Positions 49,257-61,032 of a DNA stretch of 64,000 nt are shown here, piece after piece; positions within the stretch are counted from its first letter, which is position 1; the number at the start of each line of letters is the position of its first letter. The stretch covers positions 47,678,001 through 47,742,000 of the forward strand of contig NC_042998.1 in assembly GCF_006345805.1 (NCBI RefSeq), given 5' to 3'. The notes below the pieces were generated by a model. The model saw only the letters and a program-made list of their open reading frames with translations, searched no databases and was not told where the DNA came from. The DNA is from Octopus sinensis (lineage: Eukaryota). The position numbers were made by a program, and so were the translations under genes.

Positions 49257-49743
49257 ATATTTTTCTTTCCACCCATCATTGGACAGAGATTTTTACCTTG
49301 GAAGCAAAGAACCTAGACATTAAAACTGGAGTAAAGAAAAAAAAGGGAAAAAAAAGAAGAAAACGGTTTGGGGATTGAGAATTATTTTGAAAGAAAAGAA
49401 CTGGAAGAGAACTCATCAAGATTTTTGAGGTTAAGCAAACATTCGAGATATATTTATCTTCCAATTCACATAATTCTAGGAAAGGTTTCACCAGTACCTT
49501 CTGATTCTTTTATTTCAAGTTTTCGTATTTTCTCTTGTCGTTCTTTTGCACATGAGACTATGCATCCGTGAATATTTGTATTTTTCATGTGTTGTGTGTC
49601 AATGGTTGTATGTGTGTCTCTATGTGAGTACATTTGAATCCACGAGCAGGCCCACCAATACGTTTGAAATGTATTGTCAGCGAGGAGGCTGCTATGACAT
49701 AAAATAACAAAGCAAGTGGAAAGTAGTAGTGGTGGTAGTAGTG

Positions 49744-49775
<32 letters not shown>

Positions 49776-49793
49776 GGTGGTGGTAGTAGTAGT

Positions 49794-49825
<32 letters not shown>

Positions 49826-49949
49826 TAGTAGTTCTCATCTTTATCATCATTATCACCGTCAACAGAAGTGTTGACAGAATAAAACCACTCAGCAAAATAA
49901 CCACTTCGGTTTGTTTTTTGTCATATGTACCCATGAACTGAATACATTT

Positions 49950-50325
49950 CTTAAAGGCAACGAAGAGTGTAAAAAGGGACTTGAAATCTAAAATAGAACA
50001 TTTGTTGAAGGGTGTTGGGTGAATGTGGCGAGGATGGCCCGTGTGAAAGGGCCTGCTCTGAACATTCTCTTATAAACCGGAGGAGTTGAGAAGGAGAGGG
50101 GTCGTCTGCGGAGATGCACCTGGCGGTCGGGGTAACCAAGATGTTTGAGTTTCCTGGTTGTCCCTGTGAGGAAACCCACCACTTTGGGGGAATTGTTATT
50201 GTTTAATTGTATTGGTAATCGTCATTTTACTGTTTATTCAATTTTTATGTTAAACCCCACGTGTCCCTTGTTTTGTATTGTCCCCATTTGTTTTTGTTCG
50301 GCCTTTACGACCTATAAAGCAACGA
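49950..50325 (+). mobile_element. Tx1/L1-like LINE extreme 3' end
   Basis: WVNVARMARVKGPALNILL* matches the C-terminus WVDVARMARMNGPKLSVCL* of the element at 57705-58515; T-rich UTR and (ATT)n tail. Confidence 0.7.
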
Positions 50326-50344
50326 TTACTATTATTATTATTAT

Positions 50345-50555
50345 TAATGTGGTGAGCTGGCAGAATCCTTAGCACGCCGGGCGAAATGCTCAGCAGCATT
50401 TTATCCGTCTTCACATTCTGTGTTCAAATTCCGCCGAGGTAAACTTATCACTTCAGCCTTTCGAGATCGATAAATTAAGTTCCACTTAAGTACTAGGGTC
50501 ACTGTGATCGACTATCCCCCTCCCCACAAATTCCAAGCCTTGTACCTATAGTAGA

Positions 50556-50558
<3 letters not shown>
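50345..50558 (+). mobile_element. SINE family A
   Basis: GGTGAGCTGGCAGAATCCTTAGCACGCCGGGCG...GTACCTATAGTAGAAAG. Confidence 0.88.
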
Positions 50559-50599
<41 letters not shown>

Positions 50600-50603
<4 letters not shown>

Positions 50604-50998
50604 CTTTCAATTCTTTCAATTTTGCTTCCATTTCTTGCCGAGTGTCTTACCAACACCTGGGGCAAAGAAACTTACTGTATATATTAGTAGGCCATTAAAA
50701 TAAATACACCAGATTGTTCATTTACAAAGTCATGTGATAGGAAAAAATTAAGCAAGACAGAGGAAAGAAGGAAAAAAGGAAAAAATGAAAAAAAGCAGAC
50801 AAAGAAAATGAGGGGGAAAAGGAAAGAAAATTCACAGCGACAATGTTCTTCTCAATATGTGTGACGTACCAGTTAAGACAATGTTTTGTACTTCCGGCAT
50901 GGATGGTAAGCCAGGGATCATCCTCAAATAATTTTCAGTTTCCTTTTTTTATCATTCCAAGCGCTCCTACAATCACAGGTATTGTAATTGTCTTGAGA
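50600..50998 (-). mobile_element. R4/Dong LINE 3' fragment between (TAA)n tracts
   Basis: LKTITIPVIVGALGMIKKETENYLRMIPGLPSMPEVQNIVLTGTSHILRRTLSL*, the R4/Dong C-terminus. Confidence 0.88.
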
Positions 50999-51021
50999 TT
51001 ATTATTATTATTATTATTATT

Positions 51022-51576
51022 GAGTGAGAGAGCAGTTCATGCCATCAAAGTGACACTGGGGTAAAATATACGAAGCCCAATATACCCATCATGACTACCC
51101 GTCTGATAAAGGTACACCAGGCACATGCATCACAACTATATGTGCGCGACATGGTGATCTCATATCAAGATAAACAGCACATGACCTTGCAGGTGGGGCC
51201 CGGTTAGAATTTTCTTCAGGTTGAGTAGCCCATCCCGCTCAAACGGTCCCTGAATAAGGGTTGTTTAAGGATGTTGAAAGAACCACCCATGTTTCCAGAG
51301 GTGAACTATTCAAACCCCAAAGAATCCCTCTCAACACATGGCTATGATGCTCCCCCACTACTTCTGCTCGTGATCAGAGATGCACATATCGTCAGCCACT
51401 AAGGGACATGCTCAACTGGTTAAGGTCAAACAACTGACAAGCAAATCTGTGGTATTGAGCAGAATATTTGCTGTAGCCATCTTTTATACCAGACAAAAAC
51501 AATGTACATGATAACACTTCCAATCAGTTAAGATCAGAAGCCATGAGAGCCACTGCCTGGTACAGCATCAGGGCAT
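51022..51576 (-). mobile_element. 555-bp non-coding element in (TAA)n, copy 2
   Basis: Reverse complement of 4192-4746 with the same termini. Confidence 0.9.
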
Positions 51577-51614
51577 TTATTATTATTATTATTATTATTA
51601 TTATCATCATTATT

Positions 51615-52001
51615 AAGACGGCGAGCTGGCAAAAACGTTAGTGCTTAGCAGTATTTCGTCTGCCGCTACGTTCTAAGTTCAAATTCCGCCGAGGTCGACT
51701 TTGCCTTTCATCCTTTCGGGGTCGATTAAATAAGTACCAGTTACGCACTGGGGTCGATATAATCGACTTAATCCGTTTGTCTGTCCATGTTTGTCCTCTC
51801 TGTTTAGCCCCTTGTGGGTAGTAAAGAAATATAGATATTTCGCCTACTGCTACGCTCTGAACTCAAATTCCGCCGAGATCGACTTTGCCATTCATCCTTT
51901 CGGGCTCGATAAATTAAGTACCAGTTCAGTACTGAAGTTAATGCGATCGACTGTCCCCCTCCCCACAAAATCCAGGCTTTGTGCCTATAGTAGAAAGGAG
52001 G

Positions 52002-52048
<47 letters not shown>

Positions 52049-52382
52049 GGTGGTAAAGTGGCAGAATCGTTAGCACGCTGGACGTAATGTTTAGCGGTAT
52101 TTCGCCCGCCGCTATGTTCCACCGAGGTCGACTTTGCCTTTCATCCTTTCAGAGTCGATAAATTAAGTACCATTTGAATAATTGGGTCGATGTAATCGAT
52201 TCATCTCCTCCTCCAAAAGCTGCCCTTGTGGCAAAATTTGAAACCATTTTTAGTATTATTATAACGGCGGCGAGCTAGACAAAATGCTTAGTGGTATTTC
52301 ACCCGTCACTACGTACTGATTTCAAATTCCGCCGAGGTTGAATTTGCCTTTCATCCTTTCGGGGTCGATAAATTAAGTACAG
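51615..52382 (+). mobile_element. Cluster of four SINE A units (a dimer plus two more) separated by (ATT)n
   Basis: Repeated GCCTTTCATCCTTTCGGGGTCGAT-type cores at ~51700, ~51890, ~52140 and ~52350. Confidence 0.9.
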
Positions 52383-52495
52383 GGGCTGAGGACCATTATG
52401 GATGATCAAGATGAATGGAGAAAATGTGTGGAAAGAGTCTTGGGGTGTCCAGGGGGACGACCTAGATAGATAGATATTATCATTATTATTTTGTA

Positions 52496-52746
52496 AAGTG
52501 ATGAGAAAGAAAAATTTGTGTTGTCCTCTAACGGACAGATATTACAAGGGGGCTAATCATTTCTTCATGATGTTCGGCAGAATTAAGAAATTGAATTTGG
52601 AATTACATCATAACATCATACACCATAAGTGATGAGAAAGAAAAATTCGTGTTGTCCTCTAACGGACAGATATTACAAGGGAGCTAATCATTTCTTCATG
52701 ATGTTCGGCGGAATTAAGAAATTGAATTTGGAATTACATCATAACA
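52496..52746. repeat. ~120-bp tandem duplication
   Basis: AAGTGATGAGAAAG...TTACATCATAACA at ~52496-52616 and ~52627-52746, with few differences and a short spacer. Confidence 0.95.
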
Positions 52747-53182
52747 AATATTCCATTATCTTCAGGTTGAGTGGATTCATCACGATCGATGTATTATCTT
52801 ACCTGTTTGATACCTGTTTTTAAAATTTTTTCTTGGAGATGGTGGATTCTATGTTATGGTGTAATCTATGAATATAACAATAAAATTCTACGGAGACAGC
52901 TTTCGTAAATTATAAACCCCATTTGTGTTCTCTTTATATATATTTGCACACAATATAAATAGATATATACCACCCACACACCCATCCCCACATCTTCACA
53001 CCTACTCATACATACACGCACACGTCCAGACCACCAGCCCTTTTTCACACGCACATACATACTCTCTTATACATACACGCACCTTTGAGTTAAGGGGCAC
53101 CTTTGTGTTGGGAGGGGGTCATCTTTATCTTGTTAACTCCCCTACTTTCCTCCTCGTGTTTGACCCTTCTGTCCGGCACTAG

Positions 53183-53370
53183 TCGCCATGATAGATCGTT
53201 AGCCACCACACACATTTTTTCCCTCCTTGTTTATTCTCTGTCCCTTTCTGTAGAAGAGCGTAGGCTCGAAACGTAAAAGACTTTGTCTATTCCTGAGCGT
53301 TATACTAATACATCTTGTTTGTTTTGTACACCACCTGTCTTCGTCTTTTGTTTCTTTCGTAAACTCTCCC
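53183..53370 (+). mobile_element. Hammerhead-like short element family F, ending in (TA)n
   Basis: Motif at 53244-53279 is cttt-CTGTAGA-A-GAGC-gtag-GCTC-GAAA-CG-T-A-aaag. Confidence 0.88.
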
Positions 53371-53414
53371 TATATATATATACATATACTTGTGTATATA
53401 TTTATATGAATGTG

Positions 53415-53570
53415 TCTATGTTTGTCACCCCACCATCGCTTGACAACCGATGTTGGTGTGTTTACGTCCCCGTTACTTAGTAGTTTGGCAAAAAAGATCG
53501 ATAAATAAGTACTAGTTTTAAGGCGGTGCTCCAGCATGGTCGCTGTTAAATGACTGGAACAAATATAAGA
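53415..53570 (+). mobile_element. SINE family B 3' half
   Basis: CATCGCTTGACAACCGATG...GGCGGTGCTCCAGCATGG. Confidence 0.8.
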
Positions 53571-53699
53571 ATAATTATTCACAATCACCTTGGTTTTGGA
53601 AGAAGCTATGGGAAACCACTCAAGTGTAATCTTCCCACTGCTTCTGTGGCATCACACAGTCCCGTAATTCCAAGTCTAACAGGGCAACGAAACCTGATA

Positions 53700-54315
53700 T
53701 TCTTTTCTACTCCAGGCACAAGGCCCGAAATTTTGGAGGAGGGGGCCTGTCGATTAGATCGACATCAGTCTGCAACTAGTACTTAATTTATCAACCCCGA
53801 AAGGATGAAAAGCAAAGTCGACCTCGGCGGATTTGAACTCAGAACGTAAAGATAGACAAAATAGCGCTAAACATTTCTCCCGATGTGCTAACGTTTCCGT
53901 AATTCTTTACTGCCTACAAGGAGCTGAATACAGAGGGGACAAACAAGGACAGACAAACGGATTAAGTCGATTATATCGACCCCAGTGCGTAACTGGCACT
54001 TATTTAATCGATCCCGAAAGGATGAAAGACAAAGTCGACCTCGGTGTAATTTGAACTCAGAACATAAAGACAGATGAAATACCTTTTTTCTTACTACCCA
54101 CAAGGAGCTAAACACAGAGGGGACACACAAGGACAGACAAACGGATTAAGTCGAGTACATCGATCCCAGTGCGTAACTGGTACTTATTTAATCGACCCCA
54201 AAAGGATGAAAGGCAAAGTCGAACTCGGCGGAATTTGAACTCAGAACGTAAAGATAAACAAAATAGCGCTAAACATTTCTCCCGGCATGCTAACGATTCT
54301 GCTAGCTCGCCGCCA
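53700..54315 (-). mobile_element. SINE family A multimer (three bodies)
   Basis: Three CGAAAGGATGAAAG-type cores; junction GATGAAATACCTTTTTTCTT at ~54073-54092. Confidence 0.9.
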
Positions 54316-55215
54316 TAACAAAATTCTGATATTGGTGATTCTATGGTGGTTTCGAACTTACGTCGACGTAATTTATGCTATCTTCACGCCCACGATTTAT
54401 AATGATGTTTGGGTGGGCGATGAAAGACAAGAATGCGAACACAATTGACGTCAATAAAATTAAGCGCACATTTATTGAATTGATATTGATGATCAGAAAT
54501 ACCAAACTGGAAAATACCAACAATTTAATGATATTTGATACCAATTACCTCAATTCTGATAGGTGAACTAAATTATTTTGCTTTTTTTCTTTCTTTTTCT
54601 TCTTCTCACCTCTAATCTATTTCGCAAGTATCAAAAATTGCTATGCAACTTGAAGCCTGCGTCTTACTTTCCATTATTTAGCATCGCGTAGGCGGATTTG
54701 TTATTTTTCATTACTTGTTATGTGTTTTATTTTTATTTATATTTTGTCGTCTACCCTACTCGTATAGCCGGTTCGACTTGTTGCTAGTATAAAGGTTACA
54801 CAAGTTTCATTGAAGATTTTCGGTTGAAGACGTAAATTTAAAACTGACACCGCTTGTGTTGTATTTATAATAGAAAAGGGCGAAATTTAGCTTTACAAAT
54901 CGCCCAAAATAGTTTAATGTGGTCTTTTTGTGTTTCTTCTTTCAGTCATTTGATTCTTAAATAGCGTCTCAATTTCATGTTTGTTTCTATTAATAATCTA
55001 ACCTGATCGAAAAAATCCATTGACGTAAATGAAAAAAAGGCGGTTGTGACAAAAATAAGTAAAATTAAAACACAGGTATTTGATTCATAAAAACTGTGTG
55101 AAAAAAACAAATTAAAACTGTGTAGGTGTATTCATAGAAGGTGTCGGAGAAAAGACAAATACCTGTGACAAATACTTGCAATTTAAACTATATGCACTTT
55201 TCTTTTCATTTATTT

Positions 55216-55537
55216 GAAGGCACGTGGCCTAATGATTAAGGTAATCGGCTCACAATCGTAAGGGCGTGGGTTCGGTTCCAGGTGACGTGTTTTGTCCTTT
55301 AGTAAAACACTTTATTTCACATTGCTCCTGTCCACTCAGCAGGCAAAAATGAGTAGTGCCTGTATTACAAAGGGTCAGCGTTGTCACGTTCTGTGTCACG
55401 CTGAATTTCCCTGAGAACTACGTTAAGGGTACACGTATCTGTAGAGTGCTCAGCTACTTGCACGTCAATTTCATAAGCAGACTGTTCGGTTGATCATATC
55501 AATTGAAGCCCTGGTCGTCGTAATCAACGAAGTGCCT
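55216..55537 (+). mobile_element. SINE family C
   Basis: GAAGGCACGTGGCCTAATG...CTGTGTCACGCTGAAT...GAAGTGCC; homologous to 1445-1765. Confidence 0.88.
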
Positions 55538-55835
55538 GTTTGATTTATCTATCTATAATATATCGGTGAAGTGTGGCGAGTAATGAAGACTGCGTGAACA
55601 TAATCAACGATGTAGTTTCGATTCTTTGGTTGAGCTTCATTTATCTATATTTGCACGTGATATGGTTTTGCAAAAACAAAAATAAAAATAAATAAATTAG
55701 CATATTTAACTTTTTTTTTTCTTCGTTTACAAACAAAGGATATTTGTAGTTAGCTAAGAAAATCAGTTTTTAGAGGATTAGCATGGTAGAATCGACTAAC
55801 ACAGCAAAGAGGTAATTTTAATATCTAATAGACTA

Positions 55836-56050
55836 AGGCGGCGAGCTGGCAGAAACGTTAGCACGCCGGGCGAAATGCTTGGCAGTATTTTGTCTGCCTT
55901 TACGTTCTAAGTTTAGATTCCGCTGAGGTCGACTTTGCTTTTCATCCTTTCGGACTCGATAAATTAATTACCATTTGCATTCTGGGGTCGATCTAATCGA
56001 CTGAAACCCTCCTCCAAAATTTCGAGCCTTGTGCCGAGAGTAAAAAAGAA
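55836..56050 (+). mobile_element. Full SINE family A
   Basis: AGGCGGCGAGCTGGCAGAAACGTTAGCACGCCGGGCG...GAGCCTTGTGCCGAGAG. Confidence 0.9.
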
Positions 56051-56102
56051 TATCTGCCCATAAAAAAATCTATCAGTAATGTACTACAGATATATACATA
56101 TA

Positions 56103-56187
56103 CGAGGGGTGTATGAAAAATCTTGAGCTTCAAAAAAACAAAACATGGTACAAGACTTTCAGGCTCAATACTTTGCATACACCCTTC

Positions 56188-56188
<1 letters not shown>
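56103..56188. mobile_element. ~86-bp mariner-type mini-MITE in (TA)n
   Basis: CGAGGGGTGTATGAAAAATCTTGAGC ... GCTCAATACTTTGCATACACCCTTCA imperfect TIRs, TA on both sides. Confidence 0.65.
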
Positions 56189-56275
<87 letters not shown>

Positions 56276-56862
56276 GATAGATATACATACAGAGAGACAT
56301 ATAAGCACATATGTTTACATATATATTCAAACACATATACATATATATATATATGCATACACATATAATGTATGTATACACATACATACATACATATACA
56401 GATATATATGTGTGTGTGTGTGTAGTAAAAAAGAAAACGAAAATAAAATTGATAATTGATAAATTATCAATTATCATTTTATCTCCATTTTCTTTTTTTT
56501 TTCCTTAAATATAGATAAACTTTGGTTTATTCTTGTTCTTACCTATCATTTGTGAGCATTAATACTAATACACATAATCACATATAGGAAAGCCACCAGT
56601 TAATTTATTGGATACAAGTATCCCTTAGACGACTGTTATAACCTCTAACTTAACTCACGTATATATATGTGCGTGTATGTATGTGTGTGTGTGTGTGTGT
56701 GTGTTTGCATATATATCTACATATATACATGTATATACATGTATAATCGACTATCGCCTAGAAGCTAAGATTAGTGGTCTTGTGCCAAAAATTGAAACAA
56801 TTCTTAGCTCTCTCTCTCTTTCTCTTTCCCCCCTTTCCTTATATCTCCCTCTGTTTCTCCTC

Positions 56863-56896
<34 letters not shown>

Positions 56897-57299
56897 TTTC
56901 TCTCCCTCACACACACGCCTGTGCGTGTGTAAATTCTTTTCGGTCCTGACTTAAAATGACATCGAAGGAAAAATTTGTCTTTCATCCATCCGGAGTCGTT
57001 GATATTGGTATAAATGTAAATAATGGCAAGCTGGCAAAATCTTTATCGCACCGAACAAAATTTTTTGCGGCATCTCTTCCGGTTCTACATTTTGAGTTCA
57101 AATTCCTCTTTTCAACCCTTCGGAGTCGATGGAATAGGCACCAGTTGAACACGGTGTCGATATATTCGACTAGATCCCTCTCGAAGGTCCAAGCCTTATG
57201 CTTAAATTAGAAAGGATATTAATATATACATATACCAGGTATCAAGTGCTTATGTATTGTAGTCTCTTGTACCCATCTTACAATAATAATGATAATGAT

Positions 57300-57669
57300 C
57301 ATTCTTTCTACTGGAAGCACAAGTCCTGAAATTTTTTATGGGGAGGGGACTTGTCGATTACGCGACCTCAGTGTTTCACTGGTACTTAATTTATCAACCC
57401 CGAAAGGATGAAAGCAAAGTCAACCTCGGCGTAATTTGAACTCAGAACGTAGCGACGGGCGAAATACCTATTTCTTTACTACCCACAAGGGGCTAAACAC
57501 AGAGAGGACAGACAAGGACAGACAAACGGATTAAGTTGATTATATCGACCCCAGTGCGTAACTAGTACTTATTTAATCGACCCCGAAAGGATGAAAGTCG
57601 ACCTCGGCGGAATTTGAACTCAGAACGTAGCGGCAGACGAAATTCCGCTAAGCATTTCGTCCAGCGTGC

Positions 57670-57670
<1 letters not shown>
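57300..57670 (-). mobile_element. SINE family A dimer
   Basis: Junction GGCGAAATACCTATTTCTTT at ~57458-57477. Confidence 0.9.
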
Positions 57671-57704
<34 letters not shown>

Positions 57705-57710
<6 letters not shown>

Positions 57711-58515
57711 TCTTTATTGGCCACCAGAGCCGAATACAAAACATAGAGGACGATACACCGACGAAGGATGATGAGGTTAAACGTGTGAACAGCCAACAAA
57801 CACAACGATTAACAAAGAGATTAAATCAATAATATGCTTCCCCGATAGGGGAGAGTTCCAACGTAAGGTAACCAAAGAGACCTCACAGCCTTCGGATCCC
57901 TTAACACTAACGGCTCCTCAGGAAGGTACCCTTTCTTCTCCTTTCCATACAGCCTACAGGCACACACTTAGTTTAGGCCCATTCATGCGGGCCATTCTTG
58001 CCACATCCACCCACCTGTCAACGAACTTACTGGGTGACCGTATCTCCCTCTCTAGCCTCACTTTCCTTTCAGGTGGAACCTGAAAAGGTTAATGAGGCTT
58101 TGGCCAAAGAGGAAGCCACAAGACAGAGAAACATTGCCTCACTTCCCGGCCAAAGGAAGGAGGTGGGGCGATCTTCACAATGGACACGGAGAATAGCCAG
58201 ATGCGTCCTGCACGTGACAATAACTGTTCGACAAAGCTCCACAAGTCAACAATGCACGGGCACTGTACGAGAGCATGCAGAACGGTTTCATCGCATCGCG
58301 TGCATCTCGATCAAGCCCGACTGACTGCACACCCGTGCCTGTAGAGCTTATCTCGAATTAGCAGTGCCCCCCATCCCCCACCCCACCAGTATCACTGCCA
58401 GGCCAGGGATTTCTGGAAGTTATTCATAGTTTCCGGCCCGAAAGTCCTCCGGATGAAACCAGCCAGTTGAACCCCCTCGACGCCTGCCCAGGACCTCGCC
58501 GAGTGCGTCGTCGCC
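57705..58515 (-). mobile_element. Tx1/L1-clade LINE 3' fragment (zf-RVT region plus UTR) with (ATT)n tail
   Basis: MNNFQKSLAWQ...GALLIRDKL...RCDETVLHALVQCPCIVDLWSFVEQLL, the C..C...ET..H.L..C domain of L1/Tx1 ORF2; ends AATAAAGAAAG(TAT)n. Confidence 0.82.
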
Positions 58516-59162
58516 GACTATCAAAGTGACTACCCACCTGATAAGGGTACACCAGGCACATGAGTCACAACCATAATAATGAGGAGGAGGGGGAGGATTT
58601 ATTTTATTTGCCACCAGGGCGAAGGATGAGCGGGACAATACAAAGATAAAGTGTTAGCGTTTACATATAATGAAATGATAACAAAATTTTTTTGAAAGTA
58701 TACTCAGTATTCAATAAAACAAAGGAGGGAAGTATACACAGTATACAACAGTAAAAAAGAAAAAAGGATAAAAGTAATGTGGTCCTCTTGATACAAGAAG
58801 ATCTCTAGGTATAAACGACGAACTTCACCGTCCAAGCTCTCTCTGAAAACCAAGGAAAAGTGCCCTTTCCATTTCCTTTTGCCCGATTCACAGACCTACA
58901 CTTAAAGCTATACCATCCACTCTTGTCATTTGCGCAAATTTCACCCCAGGCACTAAACTGCTATTATAAATATCCAGGTGATTCGAGTCTTCCTATTACA
59001 GATCTGGACTATTTTATTTCATCGATGACAGAGATGCTAAGTCAACCTGACACTGATTTTAATCCCAAAACCTCTTCCTGGAAAAATTATTGCCAAATAT
59101 CTTCTTTCCTCGGCATAATATCCAACAATTTGTTCCAATAAATTATTTCTTTCTTATACATG

Positions 59163-59217
<55 letters not shown>

Positions 59218-59279
59218 TGTGTGTGGTGTGTGTGTGTATGTATGTGTGTGTGTGTATGCATATTTATATTTATATATAT

Positions 59280-59645
59280 GCTTTTACTCTTTTACATGTT
59301 TCAGTCATTTGACTGTGGCCATGCTGCAGCACCGCCTTTAGTCGAGCAAATCGACCCCAAGACATATTCTTTGTAAGCCTAGTACTTATTCTATCGGTCT
59401 CTTTTGCCGTGCCGCTAAGTTACGGAGACGTAAACACACCACCATAGGTTGTCAAGCGATGTTGTGGGGACAAACACAGACGCAAAAACATATACACACA
59501 CATACATATATATATATATACATACATACGATGGGCTTCTTTCAGTTTCCGTCTACAAAATCCACTCACAAGGCTTTAGTAGAAGACACTTGCCCAAGGT
59601 GCCATGCAGTGGGACTGAACTCAGAACCATGTGGTTGGTAAGCAA
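59280..59645 (-). mobile_element. SINE family B
   Basis: Tail, core and most of the head present. Confidence 0.9.
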
Positions 59646-59729
59646 TATAGGCGCAGGAGTGGCTGTGTATATCTAATATATTTTTAAGGCTACACGAAGT
59701 GTTAGTGACATTAATATATTTCCCAGGAA

Positions 59730-59910
59730 AAGGCAGGGAGCTGGCAGAACTGTTAGCACGCCTGGCAAATTGCTTAGCGGCGTTTCGTCCGACTTTACGT
59801 TCTGAGTTTAAATTGCGCCGAGGTTGATTTTCTTGAGCACTGAGATCGATGTAATTGAAGCACCTTCTCCACCGAAAACTGATGGTCTTGTGCCAAAAAT
59901 GTGAAACCAA
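59730..59910 (+). mobile_element. SINE family A with internal deletion
   Basis: GAGCTGGCAGAACTGTTAGCACG...GCCGAGGTTGA. Confidence 0.8.
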
Positions 59911-60129
59911 TACATATTTCTAAGAGTAAAAGAGTAAAAGAGATACATGTGTAAGAAAGAAATAATTGATTGGAACATATTGTTGGATATTATGCCGAGG
60001 AAAGAAGATATTTGGCAATAATTTTTCAAGGAAGAGGTTTTGAGATTAAAATCGTTACTTGATGATATAGGTTCGAATTGGACTTGAATTTAAATCTTAT
60101 ACACTCTTAATTTCTCTCTTTCTCTCCTT

Positions 60130-60162
<33 letters not shown>

Positions 60163-60696
60163 CCTATCTAGCTATTTATCTCTCTATGTCTTTCTGCTAA
60201 CGAGGCTGTCCTAGATTCTAAGGTTATTATGTGAAGCTCATACCCCCACCTCTCAACTACATTATTGGCGTCAGTAGTTTCAACCAGTGATCAGAACCGG
60301 GGCGTAATTTCGGTTCGCTTCGCTGAAAGATTATCTTTTGGCTCTTCGAAACTCCCTCTTTATAAATTACGATTGCTAGTAAGAGCATGATGCCTTAAAT
60401 TCTAAATGGAGGTAGAAATAGTATGTTGTCACGAGCGTGACCTTCTCTACGACCATTTGTAGTGCAAAATAAATGAAATGTATCCAACCGGACATGGAAA
60501 TCAGGTTACCTTCAATTCCTTCTCACCAAGTACAAGACAATATTTTACAGTAGAAGTGTATATATATATATATATATATTGGCCTGCTCGCTTAGCCAGC
60601 GGGATGGCGTCATTTGAAGGCTAAATCAATACGAAGCGCATTGTGACCAGCGATGTGTAGCAACATCTGATAGCCTGGTCGGTCACAGTGATCACG

Positions 60697-60790
<94 letters not shown>

Positions 60791-60794
60791 TCTT

Positions 60795-60985
60795 TCATCT
60801 ACTTGTTTCCGTTGTGAGACTGCGGCCACACTGTGGCACTGCCTTGAAGAATTTTAGCCAATCGACCACAGAACTTATTACATTTTTAAGCATGATGCTT
60901 ATTTTATCGGTATCTGTTGCCAAACCGCTAAGTTAAGGAGATGTAAACACGCAAACGCGGGTTTTCAAGCGGTGGTGGGAGACAC
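60795..60985 (-). mobile_element. SINE family B 3' half
   Basis: ACTTGTTTC..GACTGCGGCCA..AACCGCTAAGTTA. Confidence 0.75.
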
Positions 60986-60986
60986 A

Positions 60987-61029
<43 letters not shown>

Positions 61030-61032
<3 letters not shown>

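Larger units (their letters stand above)
59055..60053. repeat. ~110-bp inverted duplication bracketing two SINEs
   Basis: 59055-59165 is the reverse complement of 59943-60053; it also gives the twin ORF text KNYCQISSFLGIISNN on opposite strands. Confidence 0.92.
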
